A stretch of DNA of 64,000 nucleotides from Lytechinus pictus (lineage: Eukaryota), in assembly GCF_037042905.1 (NCBI RefSeq), contig NC_087252.1:25298001-25362000 (forward strand), read 5' to 3'. The translations under genes were made by a program, and so were the position numbers. Numbering within the stretch: the stretch's first letter is position 1; each line of letters begins with the position of its first letter. The notes below the pieces were generated by a model that made no database searches, was not told the DNA's origin, and saw only the letters and a list, made by a program, of their open reading frames with translations. Below are positions 1 through 13,800 of this stretch, in pieces.

Positions 1-359
1 CTGCGTAGTGATTTCGAAAACGCCCTATTGTACATTAACCGACGACAGATGGTGTCGTTGATATCTGCTAATAGAGTGACATTCATCGGTTGGTGAATGA
101 GTTCCCAAAATGTGACTGTTATTGTCATCTTAATAACATTCTCTCAATTGCAGCTGCGGCGTAACCGGGGGACCATATGGATCAATGACCCCACCATTTT
201 TAAAGTGGGTTCCTACCCCCCCCCCCCCCCCCACCCCGCCCCACTTTTCAAGACAGACGCGATCTATTTTTTTACTAAGCAAAGTATATGTCATTTTGTC
301 CAATTTTGCATTCTAAAATCTCAAAATTTTCTCACGCGGTCGTACCGCTCCCGCTAGCA

Positions 360-814
360 AATAGACCAGTTCGTAGTTACTCATGGACAATTTTGGTCAA
401 ATGACCTTTCATTTCTTTCATTATGATAGGCAGATTTCAAAGCAAGATATTACGTAAGCTCGCCTTACATAGCAGGATGAAGAAATTGAATAGACCAGGT
501 GACTAGAATAGCACACCAATTAACACTTTATGAAGGTATTTGTTGCATTCCTACTTTGAATACATATCATAGCATGTTGCACAATGTACTTGGCAAACTG
601 TGAAATACCAGTCGTTCGTGGACGCATTGTTGTTTTTTGTAGATGTAAATGATAACCACAATTCAAAAGAATATATGAATAATCAAGACATCAAAGTTGG
701 TGCTTATCTCATTAGATTTTAAACCACCATGTCACTGTAGTACAAATGACTTTCCTCTGATCATGCGTAGAATATTTTGATCATGCGCAGAAAGGAACTA
801 CGAACTGGCTTATT
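360..814. mobile_element. MITE with ~19-bp imperfect TIRs, present only in duplication copy 1
   Basis: AATAGACCAGTTCGTAGTT ... AACTACGAACTGGCTTATT; absent at the matching site of copy 2 (~3280-3312). Confidence 0.7.
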
Positions 815-847
815 CCTTCGTTTAGCTGTATAGGAAAAATTATGTCT

Positions 848-1093
848 GGGCCACATCTTCCAAAGAGCTACGATTTATCTGATCAACTTCATCTGTATAG
901 AAATCCATTGATCTCGTAATTTTGTCTACAAACAATTTGCACTACATCCCTATTTAAACAATCAGTGATTATATGAATTTACAGCATATCTAGAAAATAT
1001 TTCGAGTAATCATGCACTTTAGGTGATAATGTTGCTGGCTGTTCATAGTTAGGTTTGATCATATCAATCGTAACTCTTTGTAAGACGGGGTCC
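848..1093. mobile_element. Harbinger-like MITE family A (~250-270 bp)
   Basis: TIR-like GGGCCCCGTCTTACAAAGAGTTACGATT; related copies at 3348-3753, 19618-19890, 26170-26440 and 60761-61032, mostly flanked by CWG-like triplets. Confidence 0.7.
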
Positions 1094-2283
1094 TGGTGCA
1101 TTAAGGGAGTACGGTTATACCGAGTCCAATTTCTGAAAAATTCCAGTGCATTTTAAGTATGGTTATAACTTTGATTATAAACCAAGCTAAACATCCACTG
1201 GTATGGGGTGGGGCTGTCATATCCTGACATCTTTGAGGGAGGGGGGGGGGTTGATTTGTTCAAACATAGATCTACAATCTTCAAGTTAAGTGTACAATTC
1301 AATATTGGGGTCAATTGGTTAACATGGTTGGGGATTACTGACACAAATATTTTTTTCTGTGAGGGATTCTTTTTATTTTATTTTATTTTGTTTATTAATT
1401 TATTATTATTATTATTATTATCATCATTTTTTTATTTTTTTATTTTTTTTTTTTTTGGGGGGGGGGGGTGGTCAGTTGCATAATGAACCCAAAATATATA
1501 CGGGGGCCATTCATATTGAACGATATAAAAATTATTTTTTGGGGAAAAAAAAGCTGCGAAGGAGAGATTGAAGCGAGCGAGAAAATTTCTAGACCTTTTT
1601 GATACAACTATCAAATCTAAATTTGTGATAGATTATTGACGTATATTTATATTCATATTGATATCATATTCCTCCATTTAAAAAATACTTTTCTTTCTTT
1701 TCTCAGTTTTTTTTTTGTTCTTCGTGGTAAAACGTTTGGGGTCCATGGCCCCCTAAGCTCCTTTTTTACGTCAGTTGGATCCAATGGACCCAATTTTCTG
1801 AGGACAACAGTCACTCTATTATGCTTGTGCATGGGCCCATACATTTGTTTGTCATAGTTGATGATGGATACGCTAGTGGCAATCCTCTAGTCTGCCTTTT
1901 TTAGTACTAGGTATATATATATATATATATCTATTTGATCATGACCATCCTCTCAACCAACTCACCCCCAAACCCTCAACAAAATTTAAATTCCTCTGCG
2001 TGCAGCATAATACTCAAAACTATCAACAAAAGCAGACTCCTCAGAGCAGTGACAATAAATGTTACAAACTCGATCTAAATACATACAAGTAAAAGTCGTA
2101 CCTGAATAATCAAGAACTATCTTTGAAACTGTGGCACTAAAAAGTAAAACGGGAGAGACGATCGATGGATGCATGTAACCACTTCAATTAAGTCAACTGG
2201 TACGATGACACAGACGCACTTATATATGTAAGCCTACCCTGCACCAAAAGGTCGCGTCATAAAATGGCGGTTAACGAGGCTGT

Positions 2284-2876
2284 TTAAAGGACAAGTCCAT
2301 CCCAACAAAAAGTTGATTTGATTAAAAAGAGAAAATTCCAACAAGTATAACACTGAAAATTTCATCAAAATCGGATGTAAAATAAGAAAGTTATGACATT
2401 TTGAATTTTCGCTTAATTTCGCAAAACAGTTATATGCACATCCTGGCTGGTATGCAAATGAGAAGACTATGACGTCATCCACTCACTATTTCTTTTGTAT
2501 TTTATTATATGAAATATGAAATATTCTAATGTTCTCCTAATTGTCAAGTGATACAACGATTAATTCCTCCCTGAACATGTGGTATTAGCATTAATTGTTT
2601 AATACTATATGGTTCAGTCAAGTTGGTCCTTATCTATAAAAAATGAAATATTGTATAATTCAAACAATGACAAAACAAAAGAAATAGTGAGTGATGGACA
2701 TCATCGACTGACTCACCTAGTTGTGCATATCACTGTTTTGTGAAAAATAAGCGAAACTTTAAAATGTCATAACTTTCTTATTTTAAATCCAATTTTAATG
2801 AAATTTTCAGCACTATGTTAGTTTGGTTTTTTCTTCTATTTATTCAAGAATTTTCTGGGGTGGACTTGACCTTTAA
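2284..2876. mobile_element. TTAA-flanked (Kolobok/piggyBac-type) MITE family K1
   Basis: TTAA|AGGACAAGTCCA...TGGACTTGACCT|TTAA; related copies at ~26634-27180 and 55896-56945. Confidence 0.8.
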
Positions 2877-3541
2877 GAAATGAATCCGTGCGTTTGCATG
2901 CATGACAAAGAGATTCTCTGCGTTATCTGCGTAGCGATCTCGAGAATGACCAATTGCACATGAACCGACGACAGATGGTGTCGTTGGTATCTGCTAATAG
3001 AGTGACATTCATCGGTTGGTGAATGAGTTCCCAAAATGTGACTGTTATTGTCATCTGAATAACATTCTCTCAATTCCAGCTGCGGCGGAACCGAGAGACC
3101 ATATGGATCGATGACCCCACCATATTTAAAGTGGGTTCCTACCCCCCCCCCCCCACCCCGCCCCACTTTTCAAGACAGACGCGATCTATTTATTACTAAG
3201 CAAAGTATAAATATGTCATTTGGTCCAATTTTGCATTCTAAAATCTCAAAATTTTCCCACGCGGTCGTACCGCTCCCGCGCTTAATCTTACAAAAAAAAT
3301 GTCCATGACAAATTCCTCCGTTTAGCTGTATTGCAAATGTAACGTCTGGGGCCCATTTTCCAAAGAGCTACGATTTATCTGATCAACTTCAACTGTATAG
3401 AAATCCATTGATCTCGTAATTTTGTCTACAAACAATTTGCACTACATCCCTATTTAAACAATCAGTGATTGTATGAATTTACAGCATATCTAGAAAATAT
3501 TTCGAGTAATCATGCACTTTAGGTGATAATGTTGCTGGCTG

Positions 3542-3698
3542 GGGGGCGTTTCATCAATATTTTCGTCCGACAAGTTGTCAGATCTGACAACTTTCCTTGA
3601 TAATGATTGGCTGAGAGTCACTGTTACCATAGTAGCTGTCGGATAAAACAGTACTTGTCGGATAAAACGTCCGACAAGTCCTTTCATGAAACGCTCCC
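3542..3698. mobile_element. 157-bp Harbinger-like MITE with CTG target-site duplication, nested in a family A MITE
   Basis: GGGGGCGTTTCATCAA...TTCATGAAACGCTCCC flanked by CTG (3539-3541 and 3699-3701); the empty site GCTGGCTGTTCATAG is visible in duplication copy 1 at ~1034. Confidence 0.88.
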
Positions 3699-5463
3699 CT
3701 GTTCATAGTTAGGTTTGATCATATCAATCGTAACTCTTTGTAAGACGGGGTCCTGGTGCATTAAGGGAGTATGGTTATACCGAGTCGAGTCCAATTTCTG
3801 AATTGTATGATTCCAGTGTATTTTAAGTATGGTTATAACTTTGATTATAAACCAAGCTAAACATCCACTGGTATAGGGGGGGGGCTGTCATATCCTGACA
3901 TCTTTGAGGGAGGGGGGGGGGGTTGATTTGTTCAAACATAGATCTACAATCTTCAAGTTAAGTGTACAATTCAATATTGGGGTCAATTGGTTAACATGGT
4001 TGGGGATTACAGACGCAAATATTTTTCTGTGTGAGGGATTATTTTTTTTATTTGAGGGATGCCGGGGGGGGGGGGTCAGTTGCATAATGAGCCCAAAATA
4101 TGTGGGGGCCATTCATATTCAACGGTAGACATTTTTTTTTCTCGAAAAAAAGCTGCGAAGGAGAGATTGAAGCGAGCGAGAAAATTTTTAGACCTTTTTG
4201 ATAAAAATATATCAAAATTTGTGATAGCTTTTTGACATATATATTATATATCGTTTTTTGTACTTATCTTTCTCCGTTTTTTTTTGTTCTTCGCGGTGAA
4301 ACGTTTGGGGGTCCATGGCCCCTAAGCTCCTTTTTAGATTAGTTGGAGTAGGGTTATCAGGCGCGTATCCAGCATCAGGTCCTATGGGCCCAATTTTCTG
4401 GGGACGATAGTGACTCTATTATGCTCTTGCATGGCCCCATTCATTTCTTTGTCATAGCTGATGCTGGATACACTAGTGGTAATCCTCGAGTCTGCGGTTT
4501 TCAGTACTAGATGTGCATATTAGCTTTATTTTAAGACTGAAGACTCCGTAATTCGTAAGGACTATATCAGTAATGGACGCGCGAAGCGCGAGCTGATATT
4601 TTGATATTGGCCTACTGACCTAAAATGGTCCATGATTTCATGGTTCTTTCCCTTTGATCGCCTCTTTATATTTCGGTTCTTGTGTATTTTGTATCCTCTC
4701 CACTTATTTTACCTAATAAACCTAAATAAAGAATACTAACGAAAATGAGCTGATATTCAAATTGGTAAAATAAACGGGAAACACCCCATGCGCTTGATCG
4801 CGGGGAGGAGTGAAATGTGAAGAAACAAAAATGTCATCTATAAAAGCATAAACATTACATTTGTATTTCATTTCCTGCTGGATTTCTTACCTCTCTCCAT
4901 CTATCTGTATCTAGCATTTTCCGAAAGAAATGGTTTCATTTAATAATACCAGATACTGTATGTACATATTAAGAAAATTACAAAAAAATATGGTTATCAG
5001 GCATAATATACAATAATCCAACATGAATGGAGGAAGTGTGTTTTGTTCACTGTTCATTATGGACTGAGAAGACATGCGTGTCCTATGTTTTCTAAGCATA
5101 TAACCTGTAGCAGAGTAATTAATGAGATTACATATAGTCATTAATTGATATTGTGGTCAAAACGAAACCACAGACTGGACGATAAGCACTATCCAAATCC
5201 CGTTGATTAATGACCATAAAATACCAAAGCCTCGTAATGAATGATCTTTCAGTGTACCCTACGTCCAGAGTGACATATGACATTGCAATGCCTTCTAGAA
5301 ATAAAAGAGCGGGGGCGATTCCATTCGGGCAAAGGAATTAAGCTAGGGGCGACTTCCTTTATGATTATTTCAATATAGAAAAGATAGGAAAGAAGAGTAA
5401 AAAGACGCAGAAGGGGGAAAACGCAGATCGTTTATGCCCATGACGATAAGGATAGAATAAGTT

Positions 5464-5890
5464 GGTTACACTTCGTAATTCCGAAGGTTCGTAATTCCGA
5501 AGGTTCTTTATTCCGAAGGTTCGTAATTCCGAAAACGAAATAAGGCTCGATGTTCCGAAGGTTCGTTAATCCGAAAACGAAATAAGGTTCGTTGTTCCGA
5601 AGGTTCGTTAATCCGAAAACGAAATAAGGTTCGTTGTTCCGAAGGTTCGTTAGTCCGAAAACGAAATAAGGTTAGTGAATCATTTAGTTTTCGGACTAAC
5701 GAACCTTCGGAATTACGAACCTCATTTCTTTTTTCGGATTAACGAACCTTCGGAATTACGAACCTCACTTCGTTTTCGGACTAACGAACCTTCGGAATTA
5801 CGAACCTCATTTCGTTTTCGGACTAACGAACCTTCGGAATATCCGAACCTTCGGAATAACGAAGCTTCGGATTTACGGATGTATGCGGAA
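5464..5890. mobile_element. Foldback-like element built of TTCCGAAGGTTCGT(T)AA subrepeats
   Basis: Left arm (~5464-5673) and right arm (~5685-5890) are reverse complements made of 15- and ~42-bp subrepeats; a related fragment lies at ~29970-30126. Confidence 0.75.
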
Positions 5891-6709
5891 TGGGTTGTAT
5901 ATCTGTACGAACACTCATATGTTTTTAATGAAACAAATGCATATCAATTTGTCACCCCCTCTCGCCCCCTCCATCAAAAAAAAATTACGCTAAAGAGTAC
6001 GAATTATGATTTTCATCGAAATTTCTGTCATCTCGCTGATTTGACTTTTTTCACGCCAAATCTATTTCAAAATGATTAATCATACTTTAAGTATTTTAGA
6101 TTTTAGGACTCGCTCAGTTCATCGGAATACTGTACAGTATTCAATTCTTATCCCCTGAACTCAAACTTGTCTATTTTCTGTCTAATTTTTACCCCTAACA
6201 TTCATGACTAAATCCCCATTAAAATGTCTTTCCCAAAATGCAAAGGGTGCGTAAAACCATGGCGCACTTACCATGTTTCCGGTTTTGATAGTTACAAAGA
6301 TTTTTTATGAAGAAGACACTCGTAAAAGAAACTTGAGTTTTATGATCTTTTTGTTGGTTTCACACAGGAAACACACGCCATTTCAACGAGCAATTTCAGG
6401 AGCATGGTATCATTTCATATGATGTTCCTCTCCTGTTTATCATATAGCTTTGAAAACTCCCTACTTAAGATTTATCATTACAGATTCCGAATGTCAGAAA
6501 GTATCCGTTCCGAATTTTAACTTGCCCTAAAAAGAAAAATGATATCTCACATTTACCATTGCCCAACCATGTATGAGTGTGTGGGTGTGGATGTAATTAA
6601 TTTTCCCCATCATTTCAAACAACTTCCGAAGGTGTTTTCACCTACTTACATTAACAAGAGACAAAAACCTGGTTTCAGAGGTTTTCCGTTATTTATTTGC
6701 AAGTGGTGT

Positions 6710-7320
6710 TTAACTAAGGTGATACAATATCGGCAACTGGGCACCCACTCTAAAAAAAAATATTAGGTAGAAGTGCTCCATGCGGGTAATTATGTGTCCA
6801 ACCAACATTGGGCATTTTTATTTACCCAATGTAAAGAAACTTTGGCCCAAATTAAAGTAATTGCTGCTTATTTTTAACCTAACTGGACATATGCTTCCCG
6901 CATTGGGTAAAATTCGTGGTGGTAAAAATTTTATCCAATATTTCTAGTGCAGTATTACTGATTTGATGATTTTTTTTTCCAGAAAAATATAGCGGGCGTT
7001 TAACTATAGTGATACAAAATCGGCAACTGTATACCCACTCTAAAAAAATATTGGGTAAAAGTGCTCCATACGGGTAATTATGTGTCCAACCAACATTGGG
7101 CATTTTTATTTACCCAGTGTGATGAAAATTTCGCCCATTCTAAAGTAATTGCTGCTTATTTTTAACCTTACTGGACATATGCTTCCCGCATTGGGTAAAA
7201 TGCTGCCCCAAATTGGTTGGGCACATAATTACCCTCGTGGTGGTAAAAATTTTACCCAATATTTCTTACAGTGCAGTATTACTTGTTTTATTATTGGTTT
7301 TTTTTTCTGGAAAATATAAT
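6710..7320 (+). repeat. Tandem duplication (~290-bp unit) containing a CACT..AGTG-terminated MITE
   Basis: Two copies of GTGATACAA(T/A)ATCGGCAACTG..CACTCTAAAAAAATATT..CCAATATTTC..AGTGCAGTATTACT. Confidence 0.75.
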
Positions 7321-7589
7321 TAGTTGGTGGGGGACAGGTAGAAGACTTAATAATTGCGTATCTTCTTTGTTGGGAGGGAAAGGTATACCTTTCAACCTCG
7401 AGATTGTAAAATGATTTATTGATCTATCAAAACGAAGATCTAATACATATCCCATATTCCTTCCATATTTAGCCATCCCTTTTAGGGCTCTACGTCCATG
7501 TGGTGAAGCTAATCGGGAGAAACTTTCTTTATTCTATTGGTAAAACGCCGATCTATTTTTAACTAGTCGTTATAATTATGATTTCACAT

Positions 7590-7785
7590 AACCGAAAGTG
7601 AAATGGACAAAGGGCTCCTCCCCTCATATCCTCAATCGAAGTATGAATGATTGTGTCTCTTGGTTGAAGTAGCAGCCTGCTTGCAACCAATCGATGGCCC
7701 TTCATAAGTATTCTCTGAAAGTGAATCCTCTGTTTTGAGAGCATCACATCCTTTGTCATTCTTCCAAACGCCATGAAAACTGAAA
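7590..7785 (+). promoter_or_regulatory. Cluster of IRF-E/ISRE-like motifs and a CCAAT box upstream of the Ig receptor
   Basis: AACCGAAAGTGAAA (7590-7603), GAAAGTGAA (7717-7725), GAAAACTGAAA (7775-7785) and CCAAT (7687-7691), all within 300 bp of the ATG at 7882. Confidence 0.45.
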
Positions 7786-7881
7786 TAGTGACAGAACTAT
7801 AGGAAACCCTCATCTGGATAACTGTGCTATTCAGGATCAGCTCGTATTCTATACTGTGGATATATATATTACGTTATAAAG

Positions 7882-10800
7882 ATGGGGAGGATGGCCAAAT
7901 CGGTTTTATTTGCCATTACTGGTAAGAATTTCTATGATTGAATTTCTAAGAGGTAGCAAATGTTTGTTTAAAACACACTTGTTTGACGAATTGCGAGCAG
8001 ACTTATGTTGATGATCATATTTATATGATTTTATCATCAAAGAAGATGCAAGCCTATCATCTTTTGCAAATGTTGATTGTTTTTTCTGTGAAAGTATTGA
8101 TGACGTATTAAGACGAGCTAAATGGACAACATGGACAGATCATGCAGATGGAGAAATGATGTGAGATGTGATAAATTCTCCGCCCGTTGAAAAAGTAGAA
8201 CTAATGGCAAAAATATTATTATTTATTCTGTAATTGTTTTTGTTCTTGTAGGAATCGTCAGTTTATAAGAAATTATACTCAAAGAATAAAAAAGGGTTTC
8301 AACTCTATACCTTCCAAAGCCGCACTGGGAACGCACTGAGAGCACTTCTATAAATGGTAAAACGTGCAACCCGCCACCATCATTGCGATTACCATCATCA
8401 TCACCACGACCACCATCACCACTACCACAAACATCACTACCAAAATCATAAATATGGTCATCTTCATCATCATCACCTCCAGGTCATTGTCATCGTCATC
8501 ATCATCATCATCACCATCAGTAGCACCATCATCGTCATCATCATCATCATCACCATCAGTAGCACCATCATCATCATCACCACCACCACCACCGCCGCCG
8601 CACCACCACAATAACCATTACCATCCTCACCACCACCACCATCATCACGATAAACACCATGAACACTACCACGTCACCATCAAATTCATCAATATGCTCA
8701 TCTTCATCAGCATCATCATCACCTCCCGGTCATCGTCATCATCATCATTACCATCAGTAGCACCATCATCATCATCATCATTATCCCCATCAGTAGCACC
8801 GTCATCATCATCATTATCACCATCAGTAGCACCATCATCATCATCATCATCATTATCACCATCAGTAGCACCATCATCACCATCATCATCATCATCATCA
8901 TCACCATCAGTAGCACCATCATCGTCATCATCATCATCACCATCAGTAGCACCACCACAATAACCATTACCATCATCACCACCATCACCAATATTATCGC
9001 AATACTATGCACGACCATCACCTCCACCATCTCCGTTACTATCATCACCACTTACACCACCATCGTCATTATTACCATCACCATATCACCACCACCTTCA
9101 CTACAACCAGGAATCATCGTCTTAATAATTTTTATAATAGGCATTTATATAGCGCCATCTATCTAGAAATAATCTATTCCGAGGCGCGATGTTATTATTG
9201 TTATTACCCCGGAGGAGCCGTGGTGTAGTGGTTCTGACTCTCGCCTTGTAAACAGAGGGTCGTGTGTTCGAATCCCACCGCGGTCTGGCGTCCTTTGGCA
9301 AGGCGTTAATCCACACTTTGCCACTCTCGACCCAGGTGCTAAATGGGTACCCGGTAGGATGTGAAAGTCGTTGTAGCTTGTCCAGTACTGTGTGCGCCTC
9401 ACAGGTGACTGACTGGAATACTCCCCAGGGAGTGGAGGATGTGCACACATTGTGTGCGGGAATGACTGATTGAATCCGATGACTTGGGTAATAATATATC
9501 TGTAAAGCGCTTAGACACGTCGTTCCGATGGATTAAGCGCTATATAAAAGCGGATTATTATTATTATTATTTAGCTCGAGCTGCCTTTCAGCGCTCATGT
9601 ATTCAAGGAATTAATCCTGCCGGGTACTCATTCACCTCACCTGGGTTGAGTGCATCACAATGTGAATAGATTTCTTGCTGAAGGAAATTACACCATGGTT
9701 GGGATTCGAACCCACGACTCTCTGTTTCAAAGTCAAAAGACTTATCCACTGGGCCACAATGCTCCACATTGATTAACGTCATCTCCAATCACCACCATGA
9801 CCACCATAGCCACCATCATCCTCACCACCAGCATCATCAGAATCTTCATTAACAGCAAATTCACCATCACCATCATTACCATCGTCACCATTATTATCAT
9901 CACCACCACCACCATCAGCTCTACAACCATCATCACTACCACCACCGCAAAAGTCACCAACTAACACCATCAACACCATTATACTACCACATCATTGCCA
10001 TCATCATCAGCAGCAGCAGCACCAACACCACCAGCGCCACCATCCTAACCTTCAAAAGCACCACCACCACCATCATCGCCAATAGCATCACCACCACACC
10101 GTCTTCCTAACCATCATCATCGTCACCTTTACAAACATGCAGCACCAGCACCACCATCACCATTAAGATTGCAGCAGTAAAGTTATATCTATTCTTGTCC
10201 GCATGTAGTTCAAATGATGTTCAAGTTCGGCAATACTTTGTTTGCAACTACCCACGTCCCCATAATTGCCAAGAACGGGGAGAGCGTCACGCTGCCATGC
10301 TCCCATGGATGGAATCTTTCTCGAGTCGAGGACAGGAAAGACCTGGATCATGCCACCTGGTACTTAACTGTGAGTGTTTAAACGTTCTAATGTTTAGTTA
10401 CACCAACGAAACCGACTCCAGACCGATCAAATCTAGTACGTTATTTCCAATGATTGGTCTTTGGTCGGACTGTAGTCGGTTTCATTGGTGTGACTGCATC
10501 ATAAGATGTTCAACGGATTCCGCATTTTAGTGCCAATTTGTAATTTGCCGATAACTCATACCTCGTTTCCAATGTCGTGCACTCCTTTATACCTCGTTCC
10601 GATCGTCTGGTGATCCGTTACGATTGGCCTTTTGTTGCTGATCGCGAAAGATTTTTTTAAAGCAGTCCAAAAAATGTTCTACTATCAAAACGGTAGCCAC
10701 GAGTGACTTCAAGATCTGATACGATCTGACACGATCACTACGATTTACTCCACGATTAAGCTCACCAATACAAACGCCACAATCGGCCTTTCGTAACTAA

Positions 10801-13800
10801 TCATGAATTTTTTTGAACCAAAAAAGATTCCACGATCAATACGATTACCACAACTGATCTGATATGATCTAATACGATCTGATACGATTACTAAGATTTC
10901 TCCACGATTATGACCACGGTTTCAATCGTGACACTGTGAACTATTTTCAAATAAAGGTATTTTTAATATATTGTTTTGACATTTAAGTTTTATACATATT
11001 AACTGGTTAAGTGTACAAAGGCATATATTCCATTATTGCCATCAGTTTGAAAAGAAACCTAGAAATCAGGTGGAATCATTTGCTCGTATCAATATGTGAC
11101 GTCATTAAGATTTTGACGAGAAGTTTGCTTTTACACAAAATTTGATAGATTTGTATTCCATTCTATTTTTATCTAGGTCCGTTGTCTTTAGGATGCTCAT
11201 CTTATATGAAATACACATGGATGTTCTTTTAATATCGAATCGTTATCCAATGTTAAAGATCAGAGTGTATGGTATTATATGAACACCATAATAGACCTAT
11301 CGATCGTAGTTTAAAATGTGTCGGTTTCTGGTCGTAAAGGGAAGTAAACTTTTTTCAGGCCATCTCAGATTTCATTCATCACCATGTCAAGATTATTATG
11401 ACTGATAATGATATGTTTATCATAGAGCTAGAGCTTTATGTGTTTATCATCATGGCAATTAGTCATGCGGCTTTAATATCGAGTATCAATATTCCAACAT
11501 TATGTCTGAAGGGAATCGACTATGCATTAAGGCGAATCTGAATATTGAAAAGACTCGATTTTAAAGAATTAAAAGAATTATTACTTAAAAATATATCATT
11601 ATCAATATTATGTTTATTATTAGTAGTATTGTTATTATTATCATTATTATTATTATCATATTATCACAATATATCATGCTCTACAAGCAATGCTTTTTAG
11701 TGGATCCCCTCATTTCCATATCAGATTTTGTTAAAACTATTTTACAAATGTATTGAAACTCGTAATTGATTTGTAATCAATATTATTATATTTCATTTGT
11801 ATTTGTTTATATTCATGTATTTTTTATTTGTATTTGCTTATAATGTTGTTAATGGAAATGGAAAATAAACTTGAACTTGAACAATCATTGTTTTCATTTT
11901 CCTCTTCCTCGCAATCATCATCATCGTCGTCGTGGTCATCATTATCACAATCATCATCATCGTTCTCGTCATTATCATCATCATAACAGAATCCTGACCG
12001 TACTGACACTGTCGCTTCTCACGAATGTCCAGATGATAACCCTAAATCATGTAAGACAAGGACATCGAATAGTCAGGTCTCCCTTGACCTTGACTTCGAG
12101 AACCAGACAGCGAATCTCATCATCACAAATGTCCAGAGTACGAACAGCGGGGTGTATTTCTGTTTGGTAGTGACCGTCAATGGTATCATCCAAACCTCTG
12201 TCAAGCTCACTGTTAGTGGTAAGTGATGAAAACCTTTTTATCAAACCTAAAACCAGTATCATAAAGTCTTGTTATTAAACTAGGAGTTAATTTTAACGGA
12301 GAAAGTTAAGCAGGGGGTGTTTCACAAAGATTTAAGTATTACTTAGAGTCGCACTTAAATACCGAATTGCGTACTCTACGAAAGGCTTGACCGCATTGGT
12401 CAGATCGTGTCATGAGGACGCGCACTAATACGTATCTATCAATAAGAACGCGCGTTGCATATCATGCACGAGTCGGCATTTAAGTGCGATTTAAGTCATA
12501 CTTAAATATTTGTGAAACATCCCCCTGGTTGTGTTCTATTTTGTCTATTTCTTCATCTCCTAGCTCCGGTTACGGGTTGATGCTAAAAAGAGACCAAAAG
12601 GTGTGGGAGGCACTGAAGAACTCAGCATGGACACACCAATGGAGATGTTGGGAAATCTCCCTTTCCACCCCCCCCCCCAAAAAAAAAAAGCAAATATATA
12701 CAAAATAATAATAGATAAATAATATAAAGAATACAAAAATCCTTCACCGGCAAAAATAATAATTCTTATTTTCGTATTCTTACTTCCCTCCTCCAAAAAA
12801 AACCAACAAGTTTTCTTGAAACGGACTACTGAACGTTATATAAATTAATGTAGCTTTCAGCTATCTTCTTCTCGGCCAAATTAGGCTCGTATGATCACTC
12901 GAGACAAAATTAATGTGATCACCCCCTTTCGTTTGTCCGGGGACGTCGGAGGGGGGGGGGGGGGCAAGACGGACACCGCCACAGTGCTCATATATCAACT
13001 TTCAAAATACACTTTAAACAAGTAATCAACCTTTGATGACAGAATGTTCTCAGACTTCCCTAGAATTATTTTGTAATTCAATTCAATTCAATTCTTTTAT
13101 TTCATTTCCATTCAAAACATATTGAATGGAATGTTTATCTCCACCCCAAATAATGGGCAATCCAGCCATTCATTACGTATTAATGTTGTATTTAATGTTG
13201 TAAATTTTAACTGAATTAATTTTTTTTTTTTTTTTTTTTTTTTGGGGGGGGGGGTTATTTTGCATGTTTTTTATTAAATAGAATTAATGCAATTCAATAC
13301 GAAAAATTACAGTAATGCTCCAAATATTATGTGGTCATGGTACGATTATATATGTACGATTGTTTTTTGGGGGGAGGGTGGCAATTTTGTTACCATTTTA
13401 GTAACTCTACTGTACGCACGTACATTGCCCGAGCTTGAAAAAACCCTTTTAAGGATGTTTTTTGTGTGGGTGTCAGGGGTGCTTGCGTGTGTGGGTGGGA
13501 TGGGTGTGAGGGGATGTGGGAGGATGTGGGTGTGTGCGCGTACTCGTGTAATTATGGCAGTGTCCCTGGATCGTTTCAAGCAAAAATCCATTGTCGTTTC
13601 GAAATTCTTAAGGAAACTGTCTCCAAGCTTCCTCCATAATCAATTTTGTGATTATTTTTTTCTCTTTTTCATTTTGCACAGGGTCTGATACATCCGTTCG
13701 CATTACGTCATCCGGCGGTCATCCACCCGACGAGCCAAGCAAAGTAATCGTCACGGCCAATACCACGGAAACACTCAAGTGTTCTGCTTATGTGAATAAG

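Larger units (their letters stand above)
30..4510 (+). repeat. Tandem segmental duplication (copy 1 ~30-1910, copy 2 ~2958-4510)
   Basis: Long collinear near-identical blocks, e.g. ACCGACGACAGATGGTGTCGTTG at ~37 and ~2964, GTTTAGCTGTA at ~820 and ~3320, AGCTGCGAAGGAGAGATTGAAGCGAGCGAG at ~1552 and ~4151; paired near-identical ORFs 1208/3904. Confidence 0.9.
8370..10162. repeat. (CAT)n/(CAC)n low-complexity tract in intron 1 of the Ig gene, interrupted by SINEs
   Basis: Degenerate trinucleotide runs with a recurring CATCAGTAGCACCATCATC unit; source of the poly-Ser/His/Met ORFs in the track. Confidence 0.9.

Noticed and set aside
5464..5890. Regularly spaced short repeats resembling a CRISPR array; 134-aa ORF at 5675
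   Set aside because: No unique spacers, arms are inverted, context is eukaryotic and there are no cas genes; it is a foldback repeat.
8348..9228. Ser/His/Met/Val-rich ORFs up to 199 aa
   Set aside because: They arise in several frames on both strands from a (CAT/CAC)n tract inside intron 1 of the Ig gene; no splice or homology support.
10209..12218. Split V domain as evidence of V(D)J-like rearranging segments
   Set aside because: The halves are joined by an ordinary phase-0 GT-AG intron, no heptamer-nonamer signals were seen flanking them, and the V domain is single-copy in the window.
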